Of a stretch of DNA of 64,000 nt, positions 1 through 11,175 are shown in pieces (positions within the stretch are counted from its first letter, which is position 1; every line of letters begins with the position of its first letter). The translations under genes were made by a program, and so were the position numbers. Origin of the DNA: Sphagnum compactum. Taxonomy: Eukaryota. The notes below the pieces were generated by a model. The model was not told the origin of the DNA. It did not search any database and saw only the letters and a program-made list of their open reading frames with translations. The DNA lies in contig OZ234493.1 of the NCBI GenBank assembly GCA_965153455.1, positions 17,350,213 through 17,414,212 on the forward strand, written 5' to 3'.

Positions 1-3000
1 TAGATGGGAATTTGGAAAAGTTTCTCAGAGTCCACAATTTTTTTATCTAAACAATCAAGGCTTTGATACTAGTGTTGCCCTGTTATTGGGGAATTTTTTT
101 AGAATAAATATGTTGGGTACTAATAGAGGGCACAATGACAGGCTATTTCAACCTACATGCCGAATCTCACTAGCAGCAACATTTATTTTGGAAAAAAAAA
201 AAGGTGAGTTAGAGTTGCGCAATAAGTCCAAGACCATATAATTCACAGGGCTCTTGTGAAAATACCCTCCAATCTCATTTGTATAGTTGAATCCATCAGA
301 GACATGTCTGTGGACATCAGCTGCAGAAGGCGTCCAGGTGGTGAAGAAGACTTGTGTATGCCAGTGATTTTGCAGCTGCTGCTGGCTTGTTTATCAGAGT
401 GCCATGTGGCATCATTTCAAACACTTCCAAAGTAAAGATTTATTTCTTTCGTCGCCTTTCTTTCACAGCACTTGAATGATTTTGTCATAATTACATGAAA
501 AATCCTTAGTTACGTCGACAGTAAAAATATTAATACCTGTCATAATATTGGGCGCTAGGCCTACCTCCACTCCAGGTCCCAGAAGGGACCAACTAGTTGT
601 TTCCAGCAACTACAAACACAGTGAATGATTGCTAGTCACAGTATGAGACTTGGAAAAAAAAAAACAGTACTGATTTGGGACAGTTCGACTATTTACAGGA
701 TCTTAACATACTGTTGTTCTCTAACGTTGTAGACCAAGCTGCCCAGAAAACTGAATACTACTTAGCCTACTACATGGGGGGGGGGGGGATAAACAAGGCA
801 CTAGCAGCAGCAGACATTGACATGGCATTTACATTGACATGGCATTATTTGTCTGAGGTACATAGGGTTCACTTTTCTTTACAAGTTCCTCAAATAGGTC
901 CAATGGGGGGAGGGCCCCCCAACATTTACTACCATTGTTACTGGCAACTGTCATTTGAGGTGGGCTGTAGCATTTTTACAAAATGGGTGGGCCTAGGTCT
1001 AGATATGGGTTATTTATTTATTTTCATTACAAAAAAGGTCCGAAAAATGGCTAAAAAATCACCCAAGTCACTCCTGCCCACCAAGGATGTTCATTGCTTG
1101 GTTAAACAGGAAAAAACATTTGTGCCATATAAAATTTCCCCCCCTTTTTTTTCATGGGCTTGAATGACCCAACACCCACCGGCGCACAAGCCACAAATCT
1201 TGTTTTAGGGTTCAAGGTGGACAAACTTTTCTCCTGGGGAAATTAAAGAACGGGTCGGAGAAAATGGATAAAACATAATTATCAAAGAGGTATATAATAT
1301 GGATTTGTATGGAAGAACTTTAGCCGTATCACAAAATTAATCAAGAATTATTTTTTAAAGTCTGCTTTATTGGACCCCTCAAATGTTTCGGGTATACATG
1401 TGGACCACCCAAGGATTTTTATTTTTTTGTCTGTTTATGTTTTGTGAATATATTTAATAGGGTATAAATATTTAATGTTGTGCAAGGACATATTTTGTTT
1501 TGGGATCGTAATCATTTGCATCTTTTTAGAGTAGGAGTATTGCAAGATTCCTGCCCACCAAGGATGTTCATTGCTTGATTAAACAGGAAAAAAAAATTCG
1601 TGCCATATAAAATTTCCCCCCTTTTATTTTCCTGGGCGTGAATGACCCAACACCCACCGGCGCAGCAGCCACAAATCTCGTTTTAGGATTCAGGGTGGAC
1701 GAACTTTTCTCCTGGGGAAATTAAAGAATAGCTCGCAGAAAATGGATAAAACAATGCTTATCAAATTGAAAACCTTTACCATCAAAGAGGTATATAATAT
1801 GGATTTGTATGGAGAACCTTGAGCCGTATCACAAAATGAATCAAGAATTGTTTATTGAAGTCCGCTTTATTGGACCCCTCAAATGTTTCGGATATACATG
1901 TGGACCACCCAAGGATTTTTTTTGGGTCTATTTATGTTTTGTGAATACATTTAACAGGGTATCAATATTTAATGTTGTGCAAGGAATATTATTGGCTACC
2001 TAATACAACTTATCATAAAAGTTTGGCCAGTGTCTTATAAACTTTTTTTTACCACAAAGTTTGGCCAATTTGGGACCATTTATTTTCCATGAAAAATCCT
2101 TCAAATAGGTTGAAATTTGAAACCATATATTTCAGGTGCAAAATTGGCAATAAAACAATTCCCAGGTTTTAGGGTTTAGGGTTTTGGCAAGTAGGTAGTA
2201 GTATGTACATTACTACACATACTGAGTAGGCCAATCACGTGGTTGCCCGAAAAAGAAACTAAAGAAATATAAAGCCTAAACCCCCCCTGTCGTGCCCCCC
2301 CCTCTTCCCTCTTCTACTTGCGAATGGTCGCCTTCTGTTATTTTTCGTCAAGCCTCACTCATTTTCGCCCTCTTCTTATTCGATTTTCCGTCGCTCGAAT
2401 CATTCATTTTGTTAAGATGTCTTTTTTTTTACCAGCGGTTAAAATCGTTGAACTTTTTCCCTCAGCGAACGAATGTAAACGCGGAGAGCCCAGAGTCCGC
2501 TTTGTGAGACCCCTCAAATTTTTGAAAAATACATGGGAACCCCTTAGGGATTCTTTTTGTCTGTTTATGTTTTACGAATATATTTAACCAGGTATAAATA
2601 TTTAATGTTGTGTAAAGAGGTATTTCGTTTGAAGATCGTCATCATTTGCATCATTTTTTAGCAGGAGTATTGTAGGACTCGTGCCCTCCAGAGGATGTTC
2701 ATTGCTTGATTGAATGGGAAAAGAAAATCGTGCCTTATGAAATTTCCCGGGTTTTTTTTTTTGTTTCCCAGGCTTGAATGACCCAACACCCACCACTGCC
2801 CCATCCACAAATCTTGCTTCAGGGTTTAGGGTTGACAAACTTTTCTCCCGGGGAAATTAATAAATAACTCGAAGAAAAGGGAGAAAATATGCTTGTAAAA
2901 TTAAAAATCTATACCATACAAGAGGTATTTAATATGAATTTGTCTGGAACAACCCAAGCCGCATCACAAAATAAATCAAGAAATGCTTTTTATGACGACC

Positions 3001-4220
3001 AAATAACAATTAGGGTTGTTTTGGGAAAAGGAACATTATGGCAACGCCGCAGGGCATATCTAACCAAATAATAACTAGGGTTGTTTTGGGAAAAGGAACA
3101 TTATGACAAGGCCGCAGGGCAATTTAAAGTATGTCATCGTGGCAAATCGCGGTTAATTTTAATTGGTAAATACCCCATGACATTTCTGGGAAACTACATT
3201 CGAATTTTCACACTTGCACAAAGTTTAATATATCACACATCCTTTTTGATCTATAAACATTCATTATAACAAAGCTTTGTTGGGATGGATGACGAATTAA
3301 ATGTTTATTAAACAATGAAAATAAGAATCGGATCTATTTCCCTCCAAATATACAAAAGATAAATTGGCCATGAATCATGCATGTCCGTAAATGTTATGTG
3401 ATGGCCCACAATTTTAACATAAACCCAACCCCCCCCCCCCAACCCCCCAAAAACACAATTCCATATGCTCCTCCATCCTCTCCCAATGGCCCTTGTAAGC
3501 CCTTAAGTTTCTTGTTATTTTTATATATAATGTTCTATAAAATTGTGTCAATGGTGACATTTTGATGGGTAGTCAAAAGCTAAATAGAATGCAAACGTAG
3601 CTATTAAAGTTGCACACAAAAACGTAAAATAATTCGAACCACACCATGTGAAGTTATACTATAGTGGAACATAGCGAAAAAATAGGAAGAGGAAGTCGAT
3701 TACCGAGCCACGGAGCGAGCTTCCATTTAAAAATTTGGTGGAGTGCTACCCTAAGCCCCAATTTGAACTTTAAAATTTTGCCATCGAAAGAAGTTTTTTT
3801 TAAAAGATTATAATGTGTGGTTTGACGTGATATAAGCCAAACATGATGTGTGATAGCCCCCCGGGGAAACGTTATACAGGATCGTACATTAAGGAACATG
3901 TAAAAATTTATAAAATATGCTTCATATATGGTGCACAGGACAGGCCAACCCTAAACACCTAAAACTGCGTTCAAAAGTTTCCCGGGCGTTATCAATGAAT
4001 ACAAGATTGTATCAAATCCACCACAAAGTAATTTACCTTTTCATAAAATTTATTAGATTTCATTTATGATGATAAATAATATATATGCATGGATGCAAAT
4101 AAAAGGCTGCGCAACGTGCTACGAAGGCCAAGTACATTTAATCATGTCATTTATCAATTCTTCCAAACATAATGAAATTGGAGTGGGGCGCAAAATAAAC
4201 ATACGGGGTTGGAGATTCAT
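1..4220 (+). repeat. Long direct repeat, copy 1 (near-identical to 59787-64000; true boundaries may lie outside the window)
   Basis: TAGATGGGAATTTGGAAAAG at position 1 recurs at 59787 and stays colinear to the window end, with scattered SNPs and homopolymer indels. The ORF track shows paired near-identical ORFs (2318/62099, 2602/62383, 3377/63159). Confidence 0.98.
1070..3000 (+). repeat. Three diverged copies of a ~480-bp unit inside the long repeat
   Basis: AGGATGTTCATTGCTTG...GAATGACCCAACACCCACC...CCACAAATCT recurs near 1073, 1550 and 2680, and again in copy 2. Confidence 0.85.
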
Positions 4221-6018
4221 TTTTTCCGATTCTTTAGTGTGCAGCAGGAATTTCTCTCGCAAAATCTCGTGATTTGGAAACCAGGAGCTGTTCTGAATGT
4301 GCAACCAGGAGCGCTTCACATCACCGAACTCTTGTTCCTAAGGTGAGCAACCTGACATCGGGCTCCATGTAAATTTCAAAGATACATCTTATAATCTTGT
4401 CCGCAAGGTCCGCCCGTCCTTCAAATCACGAACTTTTGGATTGTCATTTTTTGCACATGTTATGCTCGCAGGGGGGATTATAGCACAAACGACAGACTTT
4501 CCACTTCGCACACATGCCAGCTTAATTGAGGGCGGGGAGCGAGCGCAGGTGTCAAAACTGGGACCCATACCAGCATTTGCATTTGTTTTCCTCCGAAAAT
4601 TTCATTTGTTGTCGTTGTGGCTTTCCGGTGTAGCGGATCATACCTTAGGGAACAAAAAGTTCTTTTGTGAATCACGCGGCGTGTTACAAATTCTAACTTG
4701 TTCTCCTTGGGAGATCGCAACAGAACTCGTATGACCCGCCTTGATAAATCCGTAGAAATTCCTGGTGGTTCAAAGACGTTCTCTATGTGGGCGAAATGAA
4801 TGTTTGTCCACACAATCCCCAATTACCATAGTGTGCAAACATTAGTTCACGCTATATTGGTTTGCGCAGCCCCGAACATTTGAAGTGCGTGCATTCCGAG
4901 TCTGTTGTACACATGGAACCTATGCTGTTTTCATCCGTCAACTCCCGCCCTTCACTGTTTTACAGGAGCGAGGAGGCAGAAGGAGCACAGACGTCAGATC
5001 ACATCGCAAGTCCAATTCCGTGTATGTGCGAACTTATCCAAGTAAGCACATGTGCAGAACTACCTTAAAGGCTGTATGCACGAATTTGAACACTTTCCTA
5101 TTGAGGGGATGTCGGTGTTGGGTAAGATCACCAACACCCAGAATTCGATTTCGTGTGTCTGCAGGGTTGATTGAGGTGGATTCGACAAAGCCGGTGTTAT
5201 TGGTATATGGAGCTTCGGTTTTCAATTGTAACCCTGATGCCTGCACAAACATCTGCGTGAGCGCAACGAGCAATATGTATAGGTATCAAAATATCAACCA
5301 TACACCATCATCCGCATTCGTTTCCCTCTCAAAACTTGATTCGGGGTCGTTGTCACAGTGTCTTTGGAGCACAGTGAAAAAGTCGTCGGGAACGGAGAGC
5401 TCTCGTGTGAATGGTGTAGAGGGTTGTAAGATTGAGCTTGTTTTTCATACATGGAATTATGAGATGGCAGGAAAAATTTGTGCGATTGCACCTGATATCT
5501 TTGCAGTGATTTTTTCATGTTTCAATGAAGTCACTTGGTGCCGGCGAAACGGATGTTTGTCGACCCAACACCAAAATAACACAGTGTGCATGCAGACATC
5601 GGTTTAGGATGTATCGGTTTACAGAGCTTTGAGCATTTGGAGGATAGAATCAATGTTGTTTTCGTCTTTCCACTCGCACACTTCCATGCTTTGCAGGGGG
5701 CCACGGGGCGCACGGAGCACGGTGGTTGAATGACATCGCAAATTCGAATGCATATATACGCCTGAACCCTTATTCCGGCATTGAGACCCGGTAAGTGCAC
5801 GAACCAAACATCTTCGGTGTGTGCAGGAATTTGATCTTGTGTAGATGTTCTGTTCGGGAAAATCAATGCGTACATTGAAATCAGAACTGCATTTTCCTAT
5901 GGTTACAGGTTGCAGGTTGGTTTGACTAGGCTCGAGTCATTCGTGTTTTGCCCTAGGACATTGTCGATCACAACTCTTATGCCTTCTCTAAACATCTGTC
6001 GATTACCAACCGATATTC

Positions 6019-9000
6019 ATGGCCGACTTCCGATGCCCCGAGTGTGACATTTGTTTCGTCGCTTCTCATCAACGCGATGGACATCGCCGATCGGTGCATC
6101 GAACAGCTTGTAAGATCCGTACCACCACCGGTGGAATTACTGTCAATCGATCGATCGACGGCAAATATCCTTGCCCCGTGGAGGGCTGCAAGAGCACATT
6201 TGAACGCAGTGACAAGCTCCAGGGCCATTTCAAAGTGCGACATGCGGAACAGAGCGATTCCGCCCTAAATCAAGATCTTGACGACAACGACGCGCAAATT
6301 AGGGCAATGTCCCTGGGCATGTTAATCCAGCCGCCCATCGAACAAACACCGGAACTGCTCCGTGATGTGGGCCTTGCGGTTCTCAACATCGCGGATGGCA
6401 TTTGTCTCCTGTTGTGCAGGGTTTGCGACGTCTGTCTCGAGCCCGAGGCTCGCCGTGTGCATAACCACTTATTGGGGCACGACAATTGGAGAGCTCCCAA
6501 ACGACATCGCAACGGTAGCCTCCGTCGCGTGACTGGGATCCCACCTGTTACGGATTTCGCATCGTCGTTCGACGAGATCGAGTTCACCCAGTTGCAAGAC
6601 CCTCGCCTGGAAAGGTATACCACATCTCCACGGCAGGAGCTTTTGCCGGTGGTCCCAGGGATAAAGGTTGTGAAAGGATATCGATGCGAGGCGGAAGGAT
6701 GTGCATACTATTCCGCCACCAAGAAGATTATGGGCAATCATCGTCGGGCCAAACATTTCTTCTTACCGGTTCATGCCAACGGTCAACCGTGTCAGGTGCA
6801 GCGCCTTTTCAAAAAGGTCGGGTACACCGCGTATTTTGGTGTGGACCACCAAAATGTGGAGCTCGAAGGCGATCCAGCAGGGCTCCATCTGAAGGAGCAG
6901 GTGCACGTTTCGTTACAGGCCCACCAATGTTCCGTGCGGAACGCGGCACCAAATCCATCCATTCGTGAATTGAGTCCATGGCTGAGAGTGTCTCGTTGGC
7001 ATGAGCTCGCCGTCAACCACATCATTCCGGAAGGTACGCCGTTGGACCGCATCAAGCGAGCGAGCGTGCTTCCGAACCCAATCAGCGGGGAATCCAATTT
7101 GGATTGTTTGCCTTCGATGGTCCGAGCGTATTTGGAGAATGCGCAGGCCATGATTGGTCGTGTGCCATACCATCTCAGGCGGTTGGTCGTCTCGGTGGTA
7201 GATTCCCCCCTGGCCGCGGTGGGGCTCAACCAGCTTTGGGTGCCATCCACCATGACCAGATATTGTACGTTGATGACCAAGCTGCTCACTATGATGGTCC
7301 GATCCAGGGACAGCGCCCCAGTGGATGACGAGCCATTCGTCAACGTTCTGGGCGATTTGCATTCGGATCTCGGAGATGCGCTGGAGAATCTCATCTCTCA
7401 CATCCGAAGTCGACGAGACGCGGATGGGGATGACGAAGATCTCGTTCCCATCCACACGGTGTTGCTCCACATTTGCAGACCGCCGACGTGTCCGGTCGTT
7501 CAACACGGGCTCCAAACCGGTTGTCCGATAATCAGGTTCATGATCGTGAACAGCCTGAAGTCGGACCCTTCGTCGAACAACCTCGCTTTCGAACACGTTC
7601 GACGCGTGTCGGGTCCCATAGCCATTCTCCAGTATTGGTGGAGATGCACGATCCTCATGCAGCTGGTGCGTCCGATGTGGCAGCCCGATCACCCCCCCAT
7701 CCCGTGGTGCGAAGCCGACGAGTGGCTCGCTTGCGTTCGCGAGAACGCCAAGGACACACCGTTCAACAGACTGCGGGAGACCATGCGCCTCGCGGGGGCG
7801 GTGTCAGGCGGCGAACCCTGCATCCCGAGACTCGTTCGGATCGGTCCCATGGCGTGCACGATCGTTGGTCAAGCCGTCACCATCGACACTTTACGAAACC
7901 TGGTCAGCGAACTGCTCCGCGAGGCAAATCGGGTGATGAGAAACCAATTGTTGCTAGGACTCCAGACAACCTGGATCGACCGGGTGATAGCGAAGGGTAA
8001 CGTCGTGGACAGGGCGAACGAAGACGAAGTCGGGTATTCTTTCTTGTCGGATGCCCGTAACGAATTTCATCGTCACGGACAAGATCTTGCCATCCACCTT
8101 TTTAGCGATCGGCGTACCCGAGGTCTTTTCGTCAAAGGCACAGAAGGCGACCGATCCATCGCATGGAATCAGAATGCTTTGGCGATGTGGGCCAAGGCGG
8201 CGGATCGTATGCACGCGTTGTTATTTTTGCTCATGCATTTCACCGCCGGCGGTCCTCCTCGCGGCGAGGAGTACAGGAGCTACCTCCTTCGCAACACAGA
8301 GCATTCCGAAAGGACATTTTATTGGTCCGCGGGCACCATCATGACCTTCCAGAGATACCACAAGGGCGCCAACGCAGGGCGGCCGGTCAAACTAATACAC
8401 CGTTTCCTACCCCCGGAACTCAATTCGCTCTTCATCGAATATATGTTGCTAGTGAGGCCGGTGCAATCCTTCATCGCGGGTTTGCGTGGAAACATTGACG
8501 CAGCCCGACAACACATGGACCTTTGGGCCATTGAACGAGATGTCGCCATGGACGGCGAAGATGTTTCCCGTTTGGTGGCCACGGCGTTCCTCGAGCGCGC
8601 AAATCTCGATCTGGGGATCGCGGATTATCGTCACCTGGCCGCTTACTTCGGTGGTGCTATCAAGCAAAGTTATTGCACGGAATTTCCCATCGACGAGACG
8701 TCGGGGCACTCTTCGACCACGGCCGCACGACAGTACGCCAATTGTTCCAACGACCACAGATTCATGGACAGTCAACAGATGTACACGTACAGATTGGCTG
8801 CCGAAGCGTGGCATCGCTTGTTGCAACTCGACCGTAGCCCGGTCCGAAACCCTCCGACCGGCGATTCGACCGACGAGGTTCCTGTGGGTGTCGACCGACC
8901 TGACGGCGGCCATTGTTCGTCGCAACCCCAGTGCGCCTCTCTCCTCGCATCTTTCGTGTGTTCGGTCACACAGACCGTCCCTCAACCGACCTTGCTGCCA

Positions 9001-10785
9001 CCGCCCGAGGATCAAATGCACGAAGTGCGTTCACTGCGAGCCCTTCGTCGACTGGGCCACGCACAGTGGATGTGCAAGGAACAAGGTTTGGCCGTGACGT
9101 TGGTCCTCAAAAACAGGGTCGATGTTTTGGTGGTCATGCCCACCGGACACGGCAAATCGGCTGTGTTCATGATCCCGCCGATGGTGACGGCTCGCACCGT
9201 CATCGTGGTGGTGCCCCTGACGATCCTAGTCCGCGGACACGAAGCGGACGCGACCCGAGCCGGCTTACGACATGCGACCTACGGCGCGGACACGGTCACA
9301 TACGACGATCCTCCGTCAATCTTGTTCGTATCGGTGGAACGTGCGGCCAGTCCCGGGTTCGTGGAACTCGCGCATACGTTGAACCATTTGAAAAAGCTTC
9401 ACTGCGTCGTCGTGGATGAAGCGCATTTGCTGCTGTCGGATTTCAGACCCGTCATGAAGCGCCTTTTGCCGTTGTGGGCCGTGGGATGCCAGCTCGTCGC
9501 GTTGACGGCCTCGCTCTCCCCTTCCGAAGAGACGGACCTCAAGATTGTGATGTCCGCGAGATTCGCCGTCATCCGGATGTCCACGGTGCGCTCGCTGATC
9601 GAGTACGTCGTCGACGAGGTGGCCGACGTGGACGAGGAAATCGTTCAACAGCTCATCGAATGGGATTGCAATGTTTCTTCCGAGACGGACAGGGCCATGG
9701 TGTATTGCTTGACGCGAGAGTCGGTCGAGCAAGTGGCGTCCATGGCCAACAACGTGGCGTGCGTGAGGACCGCTCACCTTCACGCCCATCTCGACGACGA
9801 CGCTAAGAAGGCGCAGTTGCAGTCGTGGCTCTCAGGCGAAGCGCGTGTCATGGTGGCCACTGGGGTCATCGGCTGCGGGTACAACTATCCATCGGTCCGG
9901 CTCGTCATTCATCGCGGATCTTTCAGATCTTTTGCTGCTTTGCACCAAGAGTCCAAGCGACTCGCCCCTGACGGCCGACCGGGTACCAGCAGAGTGATTT
10001 CGAACACGAGATCTAGAGCCGAAGCTCTGCACCTCGATTCCTCCTTCGCCGAGCCCAACGTTTGGATCACGGACACGGAGAATTGTCGACGCCACCATCT
10101 TCATTTGGCTGTGGACGGCCAACCGCAACGATGCAGCCTGATTCCCGTCGCACAACCCTGCGACAACTGTTTGCAGCAATCACGAGCGATGTCGCAGCAA
10201 CCCCCCTCACCATTGCCGATGCTTAGTGCGCGTGGCACGGCGCTCACCTCTTTCGTGAACGAGGATCGCGCAGCCCTGACGAATTTTCGTCGATTCGCTG
10301 CTCCCGAAGAACCCGATTGTCTCTTGTGCTGTGTTTACGGCGGTGATGGAAATGTGCGTCACCCCAGTCAAAATTGTCCGTTGTTGCTGGATGGTCGTCG
10401 ATGCTTCAAATGTCTGGGACCGCATCCTAGGTCGGATTGTCGTAATTCCATTCCCCAATCACCCGACGTTTGTCCCAAGTGCCACCTTTCGCACAACGGG
10501 CCAACGTTGGGCAACGTCCCATTGCACGAAGGAAGGTACGGTGTGGATTGCCCGGGTCAGATCCGGGGCGAACGATATCGAATTCTTATTTGGGCCATTT
10601 GGCGTCGCAACCCGTCGGACGTGCGCAAGGCCATGCCGGAATTGACGAACATCACTCGCGACGAAGAGTTGGCTCGATGGATGGGACTGAAGGCCTTCGG
10701 CCGATCCGTTACCAACTTCGCACGATTGGCGGATGCATGCATTCGAATGCTGGAGCGGGACCACAGATGTAGAAGCCGATTTTAG
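6019..10785 (+). CDS. Intronless 1588-aa multidomain protein: C2H2 zinc fingers, DUF3505-like region, tyrosine-recombinase-like domain, RecQ-like SF2 (DEAH) helicase, RQC-type Zn site and C-terminal Cys/His knuckles; similar in architecture to fungal telomere-linked helicases
   Basis: C2H2: CPECDICF..HRRSVH, CPVEGCKSTF..HFKVRH, CEAEGC..HRRAKH. Helicase motifs: I MPTGHGKS, Ia VVPLTIL, II VVDEAH, III LTAS, IV MVYCLTR, V VATGVIGCG, VI QESKRLAPDG; then CRRHHL..C..CDNC. YR-like motifs: GGPPRGEE, RYHKG, DYRH, GHSSTTAARQY. Confidence 0.92.
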   Translation: MADFRCPECDICFVASHQRDGHRRSVHRTACKIRTTTGGITVNRSIDGKYPCPVEGCKSTFERSDKLQGHFKVRHAEQSDSALNQDLDDNDAQIRAMSLGMLIQPPIEQTPELLRDVGLAVLNIADGICLLLCRVCDVCLEPEARRVHNHLLGHDNWRAPKRHRNGSLRRVTGIPPVTDFASSFDEIEFTQLQDPRLERYTTSPRQELLPVVPGIKVVKGYRCEAEGCAYYSATKKIMGNHRRAKHFFLPVHANGQPCQVQRLFKKVGYTAYFGVDHQNVELEGDPAGLHLKEQVHVSLQAHQCSVRNAAPNPSIRELSPWLRVSRWHELAVNHIIPEGTPLDRIKRASVLPNPISGESNLDCLPSMVRAYLENAQAMIGRVPYHLRRLVVSVVDSPLAAVGLNQLWVPSTMTRYCTLMTKLLTMMVRSRDSAPVDDEPFVNVLGDLHSDLGDALENLISHIRSRRDADGDDEDLVPIHTVLLHICRPPTCPVVQHGLQTGCPIIRFMIVNSLKSDPSSNNLAFEHVRRVSGPIAILQYWWRCTILMQLVRPMWQPDHPPIPWCEADEWLACVRENAKDTPFNRLRETMRLAGAVSGGEPCIPRLVRIGPMACTIVGQAVTIDTLRNLVSELLREANRVMRNQLLLGLQTTWIDRVIAKGNVVDRANEDEVGYSFLSDARNEFHRHGQDLAIHLFSDRRTRGLFVKGTEGDRSIAWNQNALAMWAKAADRMHALLFLLMHFTAGGPPRGEEYRSYLLRNTEHSERTFYWSAGTIMTFQRYHKGANAGRPVKLIHRFLPPELNSLFIEYMLLVRPVQSFIAGLRGNIDAARQHMDLWAIERDVAMDGEDVSRLVATAFLERANLDLGIADYRHLAAYFGGAIKQSYCTEFPIDETSGHSSTTAARQYANCSNDHRFMDSQQMYTYRLAAEAWHRLLQLDRSPVRNPPTGDSTDEVPVGVDRPDGGHCSSQPQCASLLASFVCSVTQTVPQPTLLPPPEDQMHEVRSLRALRRLGHAQWMCKEQGLAVTLVLKNRVDVLVVMPTGHGKSAVFMIPPMVTARTVIVVVPLTILVRGHEADATRAGLRHATYGADTVTYDDPPSILFVSVERAASPGFVELAHTLNHLKKLHCVVVDEAHLLLSDFRPVMKRLLPLWAVGCQLVALTASLSPSEETDLKIVMSARFAVIRMSTVRSLIEYVVDEVADVDEEIVQQLIEWDCNVSSETDRAMVYCLTRESVEQVASMANNVACVRTAHLHAHLDDDAKKAQLQSWLSGEARVMVATGVIGCGYNYPSVRLVIHRGSFRSFAALHQESKRLAPDGRPGTSRVISNTRSRAEALHLDSSFAEPNVWITDTENCRRHHLHLAVDGQPQRCSLIPVAQPCDNCLQQSRAMSQQPPSPLPMLSARGTALTSFVNEDRAALTNFRRFAAPEEPDCLLCCVYGGDGNVRHPSQNCPLLLDGRRCFKCLGPHPRSDCRNSIPQSPDVCPKCHLSHNGPTLGNVPLHEGRYGVDCPGQIRGERYRILIWAIWRRNPSDVRKAMPELTNITRDEELARWMGLKAFGRSVTNFARLADACIRMLERDHRCRSRF

Positions 10786-11050
10786 GATTGCAATCGTAAG
10801 TCCGATGACGGGTAGCCTCCTTCGGGCATATTGTTCGTGCCTCCTTCGGTTGCTGTCGACATCTTGCTTCGTGCGCACCGGCGGGAAGTCGACGAGCGTT
10901 CAACCGTCGGAGTCTATAAATTGGGTGGGGTTGCGACAACGTCGAGAGCTTCTCAGAAGGTCGGATTAAAAAAATCGAAGGGAATTGGATTACAATATGT
11001 GGATATCTGTTGGTTATGCACTAATGACGAGATCATTGTTGATATGGCAG

Positions 11051-11175
11051 CTAGCATTTCCCAACCTGGACTGGCTGCTGCAACCGGAAGACTAAGAGTA
11101 GCACCCAGCACTCCAATAATATTTGACGTTCAATTGTTGTACATACCTAATGTCTCATTTTCTATTGGCGAGTAA
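11051..11175 (+). pseudogene. Isolated last exon of an FKBP-type peptidyl-prolyl isomerase (FKBP16-3-like)
   Basis: After acceptor GGCAG it reads ..QPGLAAATGRLRVAPSTPIIFDVQLLYIPNV, resembling the plant FKBP C-terminus (APGRPRVAPNSPVxFDVxLxxIP). No upstream exons are visible. Confidence 0.6.

Noticed and set aside
675-1163. 162-aa ORF, repeated at 60604
   Set aside because: No domain, non-ATG start, and the second copy is frameshifted in a poly-G run. The recurrence reflects the DNA duplication only.
1-4220. Reading the long direct repeats as LTRs of a retrotransposon
   Set aside because: No gag/pol between them, no visible TG..CA ends, PBS or PPT, and the repeat runs off both window edges.
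6019-10785. Calling the large ORF a Helitron RepHel or a host RecQ gene
   Set aside because: The helicase is SF2 DEAH rather than PIF1/SF1, no HUH Rep motifs were seen, and it lacks the introns and domain layout of plant RecQ genes.
6044-10969. Numerous overlapping alternative-frame and antisense ORFs within the helicase gene
   Set aside because: Expected shadow ORFs of a GC-rich coding sequence; no recognisable motifs.
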